The notes under the pieces were generated by a model. It was given only the letters and a program-made list of their open reading frames with translations. It had not been told where the DNA came from and ran no database searches. Positions 1-12,103 of a DNA stretch of 64,000 nucleotides are shown in pieces. Source of the stretch: Paraspadella gotoi. Taxonomy: Eukaryota > Animalia > Chaetognatha. The stretch is from the NCBI GenBank assembly GCA_051294375.1, contig CM119266.1, positions 21,217,987 through 21,281,986 on the forward strand, in the 5' to 3' direction. Position numbers and translations under genes: made by a program. Positions within the stretch are counted from its first letter, which is position 1. The number at the start of each line of letters is the position of its first letter.

Positions 1-1825
1 CTTTTTTTTCTTTTACTCTTTTTCCTTTCTCTTTTCTTCCTTTCATTTTTATTCTTGTCCTTGTTTTATTTTGTTCGCGAAGACCTTATTTTGGTTTTCG
101 TTTTTATTTTTATTTTTATATTTCATTTCTTTTATTTTATGTACTACTCTTTGGCTTAATATTAATTGTGATTATTATTTAGTTCGTCAGTCCAGATGGA
201 TCGGACGGAGGGTCGATCGCGGTCGGTATGTCTTGTGGCCGTCGGTGTAACGCCACTTTACTGTCCTAAAATGCTCAATAAGATCGCAACTATAGTCGAC
301 GCCTTCCTCAAATTTGATAAGACACAAGGATCAAAAAAAACCCCCCTCGAATCTTAAAGTGGACGTCTTATAAAGCGCCGCGCTTCAGGATGAAATCATA
401 AAACTATAAGAATAAATACCGGCTTAAAGAGAAAAGTCACTGCGGGGGCGGGCAAACACACAATTTGAAATTCCGGTTCTTTGTTCTCTCCTCCCTCCTC
501 TTCTACTCCAACTCTTCTTCACTGTCCTCCAGCTCTTTCCTCGAGCATTTCTTTTCTTTTCCTTCCCCTTCCCCCCGCCTCCCACCTTTCGCTACCCCTG
601 GACGCCTCTTTTCCTGTTCCCTTAACCCCTTCCCCGCCACAAGACAAGCCTTCCTCCCATTCCTTCGTTGTCCTGCGTCTCTAACTGATGAATTTTATGA
701 CATCTCGATGACGGTCGATTAAGTCCGCGCGTCACGCTCATCACGGTAGGCCTTGGAGACGGTGCGGTATCTTGCCGACAGTTGTCAGTACCAGGATAGT
801 TCTTTTTTTTGTTTCACCTTTCTAAGCATATTTCCGTACAGAAGTGACTGCAGTTTGTCCAAAAGGTTTGTCCTTAAACAATTTTCTTATTATTTTATTA
901 TCCGTTTCCTAAACTTTTCTTTTGTGTTTTGTAATTTTCTTTATCCGTTTCTTCTTCTAAACTTTCTTTTTGTTTTTCCGTTCGGCGATATTTTTATCAG
1001 CTGCAACTTTTCGGCACTCACGACGACGACGCGACGGACGACGAGACGACGACGACGACTACGTGCTTCGACGTGTATTAAGACGAAAGACGAAGCGATG
1101 ACACTCCAAAATAGTTTTACTACTTAAAAATTACTTAGTTTATGGTTTTGTAAAAAACAATAATATTTATCTATTTACTATCGATCACAATTGTCAGATT
1201 CTGGAATGAGTATCGATATTAATCCAACGGCGACGACGACTACATTGGCTTCGGACATTTTCATTTACATAGAAAGCTTATGCAGTGTCAGTCAATGTTG
1301 CCTTTCCTCGACGCAAACAATAGAATCGATTTTCAAACAATATCTCGTCGTCGTGACCGTCGTCATCGACTGGCCNNNNNNNNNNNNNTCGTCGTCGTCG
1401 TCGTCGTCATCGTCTTTATCCAGAAAATGCAGATTTTCTTTGCGTAAACAAAACAAAGCTTTTTTTTAAGTCGCGACAAAGCTTAAATGTAATGTAAAAA
1501 GCAAAAAAAAGCAAAACATTACCTTCCCCTGCCTGTGACCGGTCTCTCGAGCCGTCATCACTCTTTTCGTTAAAACTGATGTGAATGGGTTTTTTCCCTT
1601 TTAAATTTCAATTCAATGTTGCAGTATTATAATACTTCATCTTAGTTCAATATTTAAAAAAAAAAAAATCACTTTTTCTCTCTCTCGACCCCGGTCCAAC
1701 GACCCTCAGAGCCGCGGGCTGAGAGAGAGAGAGAGAGCCCGGCTGAATATGGAACGAAATTGAAAACAAAGATGGCAACCTCGTCGCAGATGCAGGCAGA
1801 TGCGGCCAAAGAAGAGAGATGGCGC

Positions 1826-1876
<51 letters not shown>

Positions 1877-2182
1877 CTGATCTAAATGCAAGAAGATGAA
1901 ACAGAAACAAGGCGGCGGCGGCGGCGGCGGCAGCAGCGGCGGCGGCGGCACTGGCGGCGGAATTCATTTGCAATCGGTCTCGCGATCCAATAGACGCGCA
2001 ATCCTGCCCTCTGTGTTTACAGTGAATAATACAGGGTGATATAAAAGCGAGATTGAGAGAGAGAGAAAGAGATAGAGAGAGGGAGAGAGATAGAGAGGGA
2101 GAGAACCGGAGTGAATCTCGCGTCTCTCGCGCTGTTTCCGGTTCGATGAGCCGAGATGGAAGGGGGAGAGAGAGTGAGATAG

Positions 2183-2292
<110 letters not shown>

Positions 2293-2784
2293 GGGGAACG
2301 AATGTCGTTGATTAAAACGACAGAAAAGATAAAGAGACAAAAGGAAAAACTGAATCCTGGTTTTATTGTAAAACTGAAAAAAAACGGATACTGACGGCGC
2401 GAAAAAAAAACAAAAAAAAAAACTCGTTTCAGTTTAAACGTCACATCCGGTTATAAAAATATAAAATATAAACCCTTTGAGAAACCCCACCATTGTTTTC
2501 AGAAGCGAATCTTTTAATCTCTCTCCCCCCCCCTAACGTAATTCACATTTCTCACCAACTTCATCACCCATGAGCCACTCACAGTACTCAACTCCTTTTA
2601 CACTGCAACCAGTCGCTCTCAACTTCACCCATAGTAATAACCAACATAATCTCACACTTTCAAACTCTCACACCTCCCCTCTTTTCCTCGACTTTTCGAC
2701 TTCCCCGAATTTCTTCTCCTTTTGATTGAGGATTCCTCGCTGAGGGAACGACATCTTTCGTCCCGGTGATGAAATACCCTCCTT

Positions 2785-2833
<49 letters not shown>

Positions 2834-3622
2834 GATTTAAAACGCCGCTCGTTTCGCCGCTTTCCTATCGCAATCGCCGCCAATGCGCGGAAACAAATGA
2901 GCAGCTTTTAGTTTCGACTTCTTTTTTTTTTCGGGAAAAATTTTCTTATCTCGCAAAGATTGAGCATTTGAGATCAACGTAATTTATTCCGAATGTAAAA
3001 AGATAATTTTTAAAGAAAGGTTTTGTATAACCTAATGATATTTGCTAAAAGTGAAATTACAGTGACATTAATCGATCCCTTTCTTACTAAATAATACTAT
3101 CCAGGACTTAATTATGATTCGGTCCGCTCATTCCTTCTCACGCATTGAGACGCCACCCAAAAATCTAAATTTTTAACCCCACCCGCTAAACCCCAACCGT
3201 CGCCTCACCCGTAAAAATTACCTCATCTTTCATCGCATCCGCCGTCGACCGCCGACCGTCGAGAGACATATCCACCCCGGGCCATCCTCCCAAATCTCCC
3301 TTTATTCCTTCAAAAGGGGAGGGAGGGGAAGGGTTGAAGGGGAGGGGTGGTGGAATGAGAGAACTAGGGGTTAAGGAATGAAAAAAAGCTGGAGAAAAAG
3401 AGAAGAGAAAGAGGAGAAAAAAATGAGGAGTGAATTGTGTATGGGGGTTGGAGGAAGATGTTGGGGCCGAAGGGGGGAAGCCGGGTGCCCGCCGAGGTTG
3501 TCGAGAAGGACCTCGAACGCTGACGGGTGAACCGAGGGCGGAAGGGGGAGAGGGGCCGTCCTGCCACTTCATCCACCGGCCCCGGGAAAGCCTCCGCCAT
3601 TGTCATCATTTGAAGATTTAGC

Positions 3623-3664
<42 letters not shown>

Positions 3665-4539
3665 GAAGAGAGAGAGAAGATGAAGAGAGAGAGAGAAGGA
3701 GAGAGGAGAAAAGAGGAGATGGCGATTTAGGAGGATAAGAAGAGAAGGAGAGAGAGATGAGAGAGAGAGAAAAGGAAGAGAGAGAGAGATATCTCGTATT
3801 TTTTTTGCTCATGAACAGATTCTACGTCATACGATACATATTACATATTCTTATCATTTTTATCTCCCTAACTGGAATACGTCTTGGTGACGAGTGGATT
3901 CAATCTTTCGATCCGAACTTATCCTCAACAAATCCGGCTGGAGGAGAAGAGGAGGGAGGTGATGTAGGTAGGGAGGGGATAGCAGGGAGAGATTCAAAGG
4001 AAGGTCCCAAATTCTCAAAAAAGAAGAAAAGAGGACGAGGACGCGTTTACTTTATGGATTTTAAAATTTGAGTCAACATTCAAAATGGCAAAGAAGAGAA
4101 GGGAGGAAGAGTGGGTTGGAATGAAAGTGAGTTTTAAAGGGATGTGGAAAATGAAGGGAGAGAAACGGAGTGAAGAGAAGAAAGTTTAACAATGGTGGAA
4201 TTAGGATAATAAAAACAAAAAAGGGATTTAAGAGTTATTAAGACAAGAGAAAGATAAAAAAAGATAATATAATAAAAATGGATTAATAAAATGTTATAAT
4301 TTATTTAAAAAGGGAGAATGATCGTTGATAAAATGATAGAATAAAATGGTAAAATGGAGGGAAAAAAACGGAGGTTGACTCGCGGAGAGAAAAACCGGGA
4401 AAAGAATCGTTAGATGGAAAGGGTGGCGCTGAGCCAGCGTCTCTTTCGGCAAGGGGCGCCCTCCCGTCGGCAGGGCCGAGTTAAACAAATGTTCAATATT
4501 TCTCGAGGAAAAAGATGGTGTTGTACGAAAATGGTTCTC

Positions 4540-4592
<53 letters not shown>

Positions 4593-4721
4593 CTGTTCTT
4601 TCTTTCCTTTTAACCACAACTCAGTTAAGAGGATAAAAGGGAAATGAAAATGTAGAGGATTTTTTGGAGTTCTGTCATGTTGCCATTGTTTAATCCCGTT
4701 TTTCGTTATCTCTACCTCATC

Positions 4722-4784
<63 letters not shown>

Positions 4785-5140
4785 CTCGTCTCTCTCTCTC
4801 TCTCTCTTCAGGCGACCGTGACACCGTTGCCAAGGGCTCGGTCCCGTTCGCGTCGTCGACTTCGCGACCCGAGTTTTTGTGGCGAATCGATGCTATTTTT
4901 GGCGACACCCGTTATGCGTCGTCGTCGTCGTCGTCTTCGTCGCCGTCGTCGTCATTAACATCGAAGACATCGTTGTCGTCGTTGTAGCATTGGCGGCGGT
5001 TTCATAGATGTTTCGATCTTGAGCATCTTACTAGGTAATAACATCTTAAGGGAGTAGCCTTTCTGTACAATCGAAACATTCTTCGAAATACCAATTCATT
5101 GATAGGAAAGCCAGGTACTCTGGGATAGATTAAACCGGAC

Positions 5141-5260
5141 TGTGAGAGAGTCTAGATTGAAAGCTTACGGGACCTGCTATCGTTATCTTATTAGAGTGAT
5201 AAGCCAAAGTCAGCTTATTTATTAAATGAATGGATCATTTTAAATTGGTTGTACCAATTT
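5141..5260 (+). mobile_element. Dispersed short repeat family, copy 1 (internally deleted)
   Basis: tgtgagagagtctagattgaaagctt..gggacctgctat...agcttatttatta...ttggttgtaccaattt, shared with 45544-45702 and 36017-36110. Confidence 0.7.
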
Positions 5261-6007
5261 TATCTAAAGTATCGCTGAACTTTGCCTAAACCATTTACAA
5301 CACAACTCAACCGTCGGAGTAGAATCTTTCACAAGAACATTCTTTTTCTTTCTTTCTTTTCTTTCGATTTTTTTTTTTAATGAAAATCCTTACAACGGTT
5401 TCATTCCTTTTTCGCTTTAATCATAGCCTGACTTCTTTTCCATATATGAAGGGGGCGGAGCCTTCGACGCGAGAGTCGGACGGGGCGGGGGCGGACACGG
5501 CCGTGTCACGGTGGGCGTGACATTTGAGACGCGATCGTGTGTCAGGGGGGTTGCGGCAACCAAAAAGGCGGTGAAGGGGAAGGTGCAAAACGGAACGGGG
5601 GCGGCGGTGGCGGCGGGCTTAAGGGGAAAAGGATGTGAGGGGAGAAAGTAAATTTTTTTGAGGCAAATTACGCCATATTTTAAGATCAATATCGGATCAA
5701 TATCGGATCAATATGGGAGCAAGTAATATGATTGTTGACAAAATGAAAAAAAAATTAGGGAAGAGAGAGCGGAAGAAAGTAAAAAAGAGGCGGGAGAAAA
5801 AGAAGGAGAAAGGAGGAGGAAGGAAGAGAGGAGAGAAAGGTTAGAGAGGGGACAAAGGAAGAGAAGAAAGAGGTCGGAGAGAAGGAATGAACGTTGAATG
5901 ACGTCAACGTCGGCATATCGCCGCCGACGAAAAAAAGATCAAAAGCTCTTTTGTCGCAAAAAAAAAGGGAAAATTCATTTCATTTCTGATTCTTTCATTC
6001 ACTCTCT

Positions 6008-6079
<72 letters not shown>

Positions 6080-6334
6080 TCTCTCTCTCTCTCTCACTAT
6101 ATCCATCTCCCGATCAAAAAGAACGAGGAACGTTCCGCCATCTACATATATTCCACATTCGTTTCAATGGAATAAAAAAAAGAAAAAAAAACACATCCTT
6201 TTCTTTTCCATCTCTACGACACAAGAAAAAAAAAAAGAGATTGGGGAAAATGCAAATCTGCAATTTTGATTGAGGCGATGATGTCGACGGCGTTACGAAG
6301 AATTTTATCAAAAAGGAGAGAGGGATTGGGGAGA

Positions 6335-6414
<80 letters not shown>

Positions 6415-6809
6415 AGAGAGAAGAGAGAGAGAGAGGAGGACTTTCAGCGAAGTGAAAGAGATCATGAGAATTATTCAAAAAGTTCTTTCTTCGATTCGCC
6501 CGAAGGAATTGCGGAGAGCAGAGTATTTACGCGACTTTTCGCTCTCAATCATCGCCGTACTACGTGTGGGTGCTTTATGCACGCACGTGTACGATGCGTG
6601 CGCGCATTAAATTCGAGTCTGTAAAGAATTTCCTGTCCATCATTTTTTGATGCTACAGAGAGAAATGATATCGGTCAGAATTACAATCATTTTATATTAC
6701 AATTATTCATAACGATCACATTCTAGGCATACAGACAACCAAACAACGAATCACAGTAAGATTTCATAAATCGACCGCCTCCCTCCCCCCCTTCCGCCCC
6801 CAACCGGGT

Positions 6810-6973
6810 TCACATCAAACGGCATCCGCAACCCTGATCCTCTTCCTTCCTCGTCTTCGGCGCGAGTCGATTGATTTCTCGGACGAGATAAACAAAGATG
6901 GCGTCGATGTTGACGTCCAGTTTGGCCGATGATTCTAGGAATCCGCATCCGAAAGAGGACGCCACCGTCTCGC
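6810..6973 (-). CDS. Rap-like GTPase exon 4 (SAK, CAAX, stop)
   Basis: Acceptor ttttgtttctccactag|GC; [27 protein letters not shown]...GCGCRLM-TGA. Confidence 0.95.
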
Positions 6974-7440
6974 CTAGTGGAGAAACAAAAGGGAAGTCGT
7001 TCCTCAAAGTTTAAAAGAAAAAAAAAGAATTTCTGCTTCCGAGAATAAAATCGGTAAAATCAATGTATAAAAATTATCCAATATCTATTCATTCATGAGA
7101 TAAGCCGCCGACCTCGGACAGGCCACGCCGACGTCAAAGGTCACGGCCAGCCTTCTGAGCCAAATAAAACAACGTTAAAAAAAAAAGGTAAGACCAAGCA
7201 TATACATCGAGCAGCTTGATAACGAAAACCGGCCAACCTTTTCCCTTGGAAACGACGCGTCGAACTTCGAGGTCGGCTTTGTTTCCGACGATGATGATCG
7301 GGATCTCGGTATCCGACTCCCGCGCTCTGCGTTGGGATGTTTCTTACTTCGGTCATTTGTATTAATTATTAATTACGTTTTATAAATAAAAACTAAAAAA
7401 AAACAATTGAAAGGACCCGAGATTATGTAATCCGTTCGAA

Positions 7441-7515
<75 letters not shown>

Positions 7516-8254
7516 ATATATATATATATATATATATCTATCTGTCTATCTATCTATCTAATCTATCTATCTATCTATGTATCTATCTATCTAATCTTTC
7601 TAATCTATCTATCTAATCATCCGTTTAAAGACTCACTCACTGAAGATAGTACGTCCTTTCGATTCGACCCCCACCTGGTGATCTGTTTGAAGAGATCTTC
7701 GACGTCGTTGAGCGAACCTTCGTTGGTGACGTCGTAGACCAAAACGAAGCCTTGTCCGTCCTTCATGTAAATGTCTCTCATGGCGCGAAACTGCTCCGTC
7801 CCCGCCGTGTCCACGATCTCCAGGTTGCAGGTCTTCCCGTCCAAATCCGTCGTTTTCCTAAAGAGAGCGTGGAAGGAGATCGAGCATTTTATAAGCGGCT
7901 CGATGAGAGTGGCATTTCAGGAAATGAAATGAGCGAGTCGCTCGTCTTCGGCTTTTTTTTGGTGGGTCGTTTGTTTATTTATTAACGGTTATGGTTATTA
8001 GAACTTGGTTGTTAATTTGTCAGTTAGGTGGGGGGGATTTGGGGGATCGTATCGTTTGAATTTTAATTATATATCGATAGGTTAATTTCATGTTCGTTTC
8101 ATGTCGGTTTCTCGGTTTGTCTGCGCATTCACTTGTAGGCGTCTTCGATCGTCGGCGAATATTCCTCCTCGAAAAAGTCTTGAACGAATCTGAGGGTGAT
8201 GGCGCTTTTGCCGACGCCGCTGCTGCCAAGCACGATGAGCTTGTAGTAGCGCAT
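6810..8254 (-). CDS. Rap1-like Ras-family small GTPase, 4 coding exons (8254-8133, 7857-7675, 7326-7238, 6973-6810), 185 aa
   Basis: Manual splicing with GT..AG introns and matching phases (2,2,1) gives 558 nt: [185 protein letters not shown]. All G-boxes are present: G1 GSSGVGKS, G2 PTIED, G3 DTAGTEQF (Rap-type Thr61), G4 NKAD, G5 ESSAK. It ends in CAAX CRLM. Confidence 0.96.
7238..7326 (-). CDS. Rap-like GTPase exon 3 (NKAD)
   Basis: Acceptor cgcag|A, donor G|GTTGG; [29 protein letters not shown]. Confidence 0.93.
7441..7616. repeat. (TATC)n/(TA)n microsatellite in GTPase intron 2
   Basis: Direct reading. Confidence 0.95.
7675..7857 (-). CDS. Rap-like GTPase exon 2 (DTAGTEQF, switch II)
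   Basis: Acceptor ctctttag|G, donor AG|GTGGGG; [43 protein letters not shown]... Confidence 0.95.
8133..8254 (-). CDS. Rap-like GTPase exon 1 (P-loop, switch I)
   Basis: ATG at 8254; [40 protein letters not shown]+AA; donor AA|GTGAAT, phase 2. Confidence 0.93.
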
Positions 8255-9001
8255 GATTGCTTAGAGATTATTGACGAACCCGAAAACTAGGTTTATTGAG
8301 GACGACTCGAAATTTTTTTTTTTTCGAAGGTAAAAGTTCTTTGATTTTATCGTCGTCGTCTTGAGATCGTTATCGAACTAATACTTCCCGCTTAATTAGT
8401 TGTCATATCTAAATTGATTTTATCTAATCGAAAAATGAGAAGCTTCTCCAAAAAAAGAAATTGGGAAGAATCAAATGATTCGGCTCTCTTTTCCAAACTC
8501 TCCCTATTTCTGTCCCCTAGTCCCTGATCCTTAACTATAAACCCTAATTCCTTTTCCTTTATCTCTCCTTCTAATCCCTAACATCAATTAATAATCACTA
8601 ACCTAATTTCTTAATCTTACAATAAAATTGATTTAATTCCAAATTGAAGATGAAATGGGATGCTTTTGGATAATAAGGCGGATAAAGTCGATATAAGTCG
8701 GTGAAACTTCTACTACTACACTGTGATTCCATTCCAACGCTCCTCTCGTTTTCTGATGACTATATAAAACGACTGCCGTAACATTAGCAATTAAAACCAT
8801 TTCCAAGCTGATTACACGTGGATTTAAATGACAACAATAACGACGACGATGAAAGCGAAGAAGACGTGATACTGAGAAGACGAGGTCGACGACGACAACG
8901 ACGACGAAGGCGACGACAATTTCGCCTGCGCTTCATATTGGCACGAGAACGAAACTCCCAAGGGACAAATGAAATTGAAGACGTGACAATAGAAAAAAAA
9001 A

Positions 9002-9088
<87 letters not shown>

Positions 9089-10626
9089 CGGCGGGGTTCC
9101 TCAACCGGAAAACAACAAAAATAAATGCAATGTCACAGAAAATGACGTCGGGACAGAGATCTCTGGCGAATCGGAAACGTTTGGCGGAGACGGATTATTT
9201 TTTAGTTCTATTGTCAATTATTATGTTATTTTATACATTGTATTAAATCAGTTTTAAAAAGTGTAAATCATCATTATTACATTACGCTTCGTAAGTTGAG
9301 AATAAAAAGGAATTAAGCAAAGCAAAGTAGCTTGTTGCCGTTTCATAAAAGAAAAAATCCAAAAGAAAATAATAAAAATCAAATTGATACTTAATGATAT
9401 TTATCTGGCTTCTCGAAATTTTAAATAGAAAAATCGAGTACCGACCGGGATCTCTGTCGTTCGGATCTTGAACTGTGCCACAGGGTGAAGATTCGCATTT
9501 ATTTGATTTTTAGGCGCAAAAACTTGTGAAGCCAAAGAGAAAAAGAAAAAAAAAGGAAAGAGGAAAAAAAATCCCGGATGTCCAAAAGGAAAATAAAATA
9601 GAGAGGAGGAAATAAAAGTGGCGAGACTTTGCCAGCATCACAAAGTGAAATTATCAAATCTAAATGTTTACAAATACATACATAAATATATAATGACTGT
9701 GATCCATCTAAATCAGACAATAAAATAACCAAGTAAATAAGTAATAAATAAATAAGTAATAAATAGGTAATCATATTTTTCTCCACGTAAGGGACTAAAA
9801 AACCTCCCATTCTAATGAACTTGTGAAATCATGACTCAATAATTACTAGTAGAATCTATTACAGATCAATTAATACAGTTAAGTTTCGTAATGACATCGA
9901 TTCAACGTGAAAAGGTTTCAAAAAAAAAGAAAAAAAAAAACAAATTAAAATCAAGGCTCATTTACTTTTTTCCCCCGACTCAACTCACCAAAACAAATTT
10001 TCGGGCAGTTGAATTGATTGGATTTTTCGCCGCTTAATCATGACGGGCACCTTAGCTGCCCGAAAAAAAAAAAACTTTTCTTGATGAATTTACTGCGTCT
10101 CATTTCATTTCGTCGTCTCTGGCGTCGGCGCTGGCGTCGGCGGCGTCGGCGGCGGCGTCGCTGCGCGGCGTCAGTCGGCGCTGGTGTCGCGGAATTCCAG
10201 ACCTAAATTAGTTTTTCATTCCGTCAGCTGATCAATTAATTGTCAAATACGCCAAAAGTAATGAGAGAACGACCGAGGAAGGAAAAACGACGTTAGACGC
10301 GACGAAATAACCGCGAAAGCAAAACACCAACGAATTTTTGTTGTTTTTTTTTAAATTAAGCATATTGAATTTTATATCGAATTTCTGGTTTTTTAGGTTT
10401 TTAAAATTTGAACATTTTCATTCCTAATTATCTTTCAAATTGTTATCTTTGGTTCATTATAATGAAACAACATTTGATTCCATATCACTTTTAGTCCGAG
10501 AACCAGAAATTCTTTCGATTAGTCTCTATTCCTAACCCGGATGTGACTTCAAACCCGGATGAAACTCCCTCGCCTTCCTACTCTCACTCGACCCTCGCTC
10601 CTTCTCACTCATATTTATCAAAACAA

Positions 10627-10659
<33 letters not shown>

Positions 10660-10746
10660 GATAAAAAATGCAGGCGCGATAATAACGACGTCGGCGGAGA
10701 CAAAAGAACGACGCTCGAGTCACATAAACAAAAAACAAATTGGACC

Positions 10747-10885
<139 letters not shown>

Positions 10886-11733
10886 ATCATCCAATCTTCA
10901 AACAACAAGACGGAGAAAAAGAAAAATCGTCGGAGAAACGAAACATCGGCGAATATTTCTCTCGATGTAGTTATACTTAAAAAAGTAAATAAGGAATAAA
11001 TTCTAATTATTACAATTATTACAATGAGGTTTTCCAATAAGTAATCAGCAACAAAAATTTCAATTCGGAGGAAGTCTAAGCTAAACGATGAAAACGAGTA
11101 ACATGTGGAGAAATGAACTTCTCGTTTGCTTGCTTTGTCTGCATCTGAGATTGTCACACTTTGACTTCGATCCCAATAAATACTTTCATGTCAGAGCTTC
11201 TTTCTTCCTTCCTATTTTCCCCTCATCTCAATCCTTCACTTTCCTTGACCCTTTTATTCTCTTTATTCTTTTTCATGCCACTTCTTTCCTACCTTCTTCA
11301 TATTTTTCTTTTTTTTCCTCCTATTCTTTCCTTTTCCTCCTTTTTTTTTCCTTTTCCCCCTTTTCTTTTCTTTCCCTCCATAATCGTAAAAAACTCGCGT
11401 CCATTCCACTTCCTCTCCGCGGGAAGTGAGAGGTACAACCGAACGAAGCTCGCCACCCTCGGTCCACTTTTTCCCCGTAAAATTTCAAACGCGCTCGTAT
11501 AAAATTAATATGAACGAAGTATTTTCGTCTTTTTTTACTATGATCGCACAGTATTTTCATCGATCCACACACTACTAGCCTTGATCTTTTCTTCTCCACC
11601 CAAACTCGTGAAAATTTTTTGCGCAACCCGATTCGTTCTCGACTTGACTCGACCATTTTCGTCGGGAGTCGTTTCCGCCAACAAGACCGACTCCTGCCGC
11701 AACCACCTTTATAGCCATCTCAAACACGACCAA

Positions 11734-11767
<34 letters not shown>

Positions 11768-12103
11768 GCCCTCTCTCTCTCTCTCGCTGGCGCGGCCCCC
11801 GTTAGCGGCGGAACTACCATCGTCTCCGCCCGCCCGCCGCCCCGCCGCCGCCCCGCCGCAGCGCCGCCGCCCCGTTGCCCGGGTTTTTGTCAAAACAGCC
11901 ACAACTGGACCATCAAGCATCGCCATAACCATGGGCTGGCTGCCCATAAGATGGAACATAACCAAAGCAAAGCGCAGCGGTGACGTCACGTGCCGCGGAG
12001 TTCGAGGGGGGTTCGAGGAGGAGGAAGAGGAAGAGGAAGAGGAGTATGAGGAGGATGGAGTATGGAGCGAAACATTGAACTGACGATCGTGATAAAAACT
12101 ATA

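Noticed and set aside
7617-7844. ORF-track 75-aa GTPase fragment as a standalone or pseudogene ORF
   Set aside because: It is exon 2 of an intact four-exon gene.
11890-11983. Short frame QNSHNWTIKHRHNH resembling a WRKY/FAR1 HNH motif
   Set aside because: It is too short, lacks the upstream cysteines, and has no splice support.
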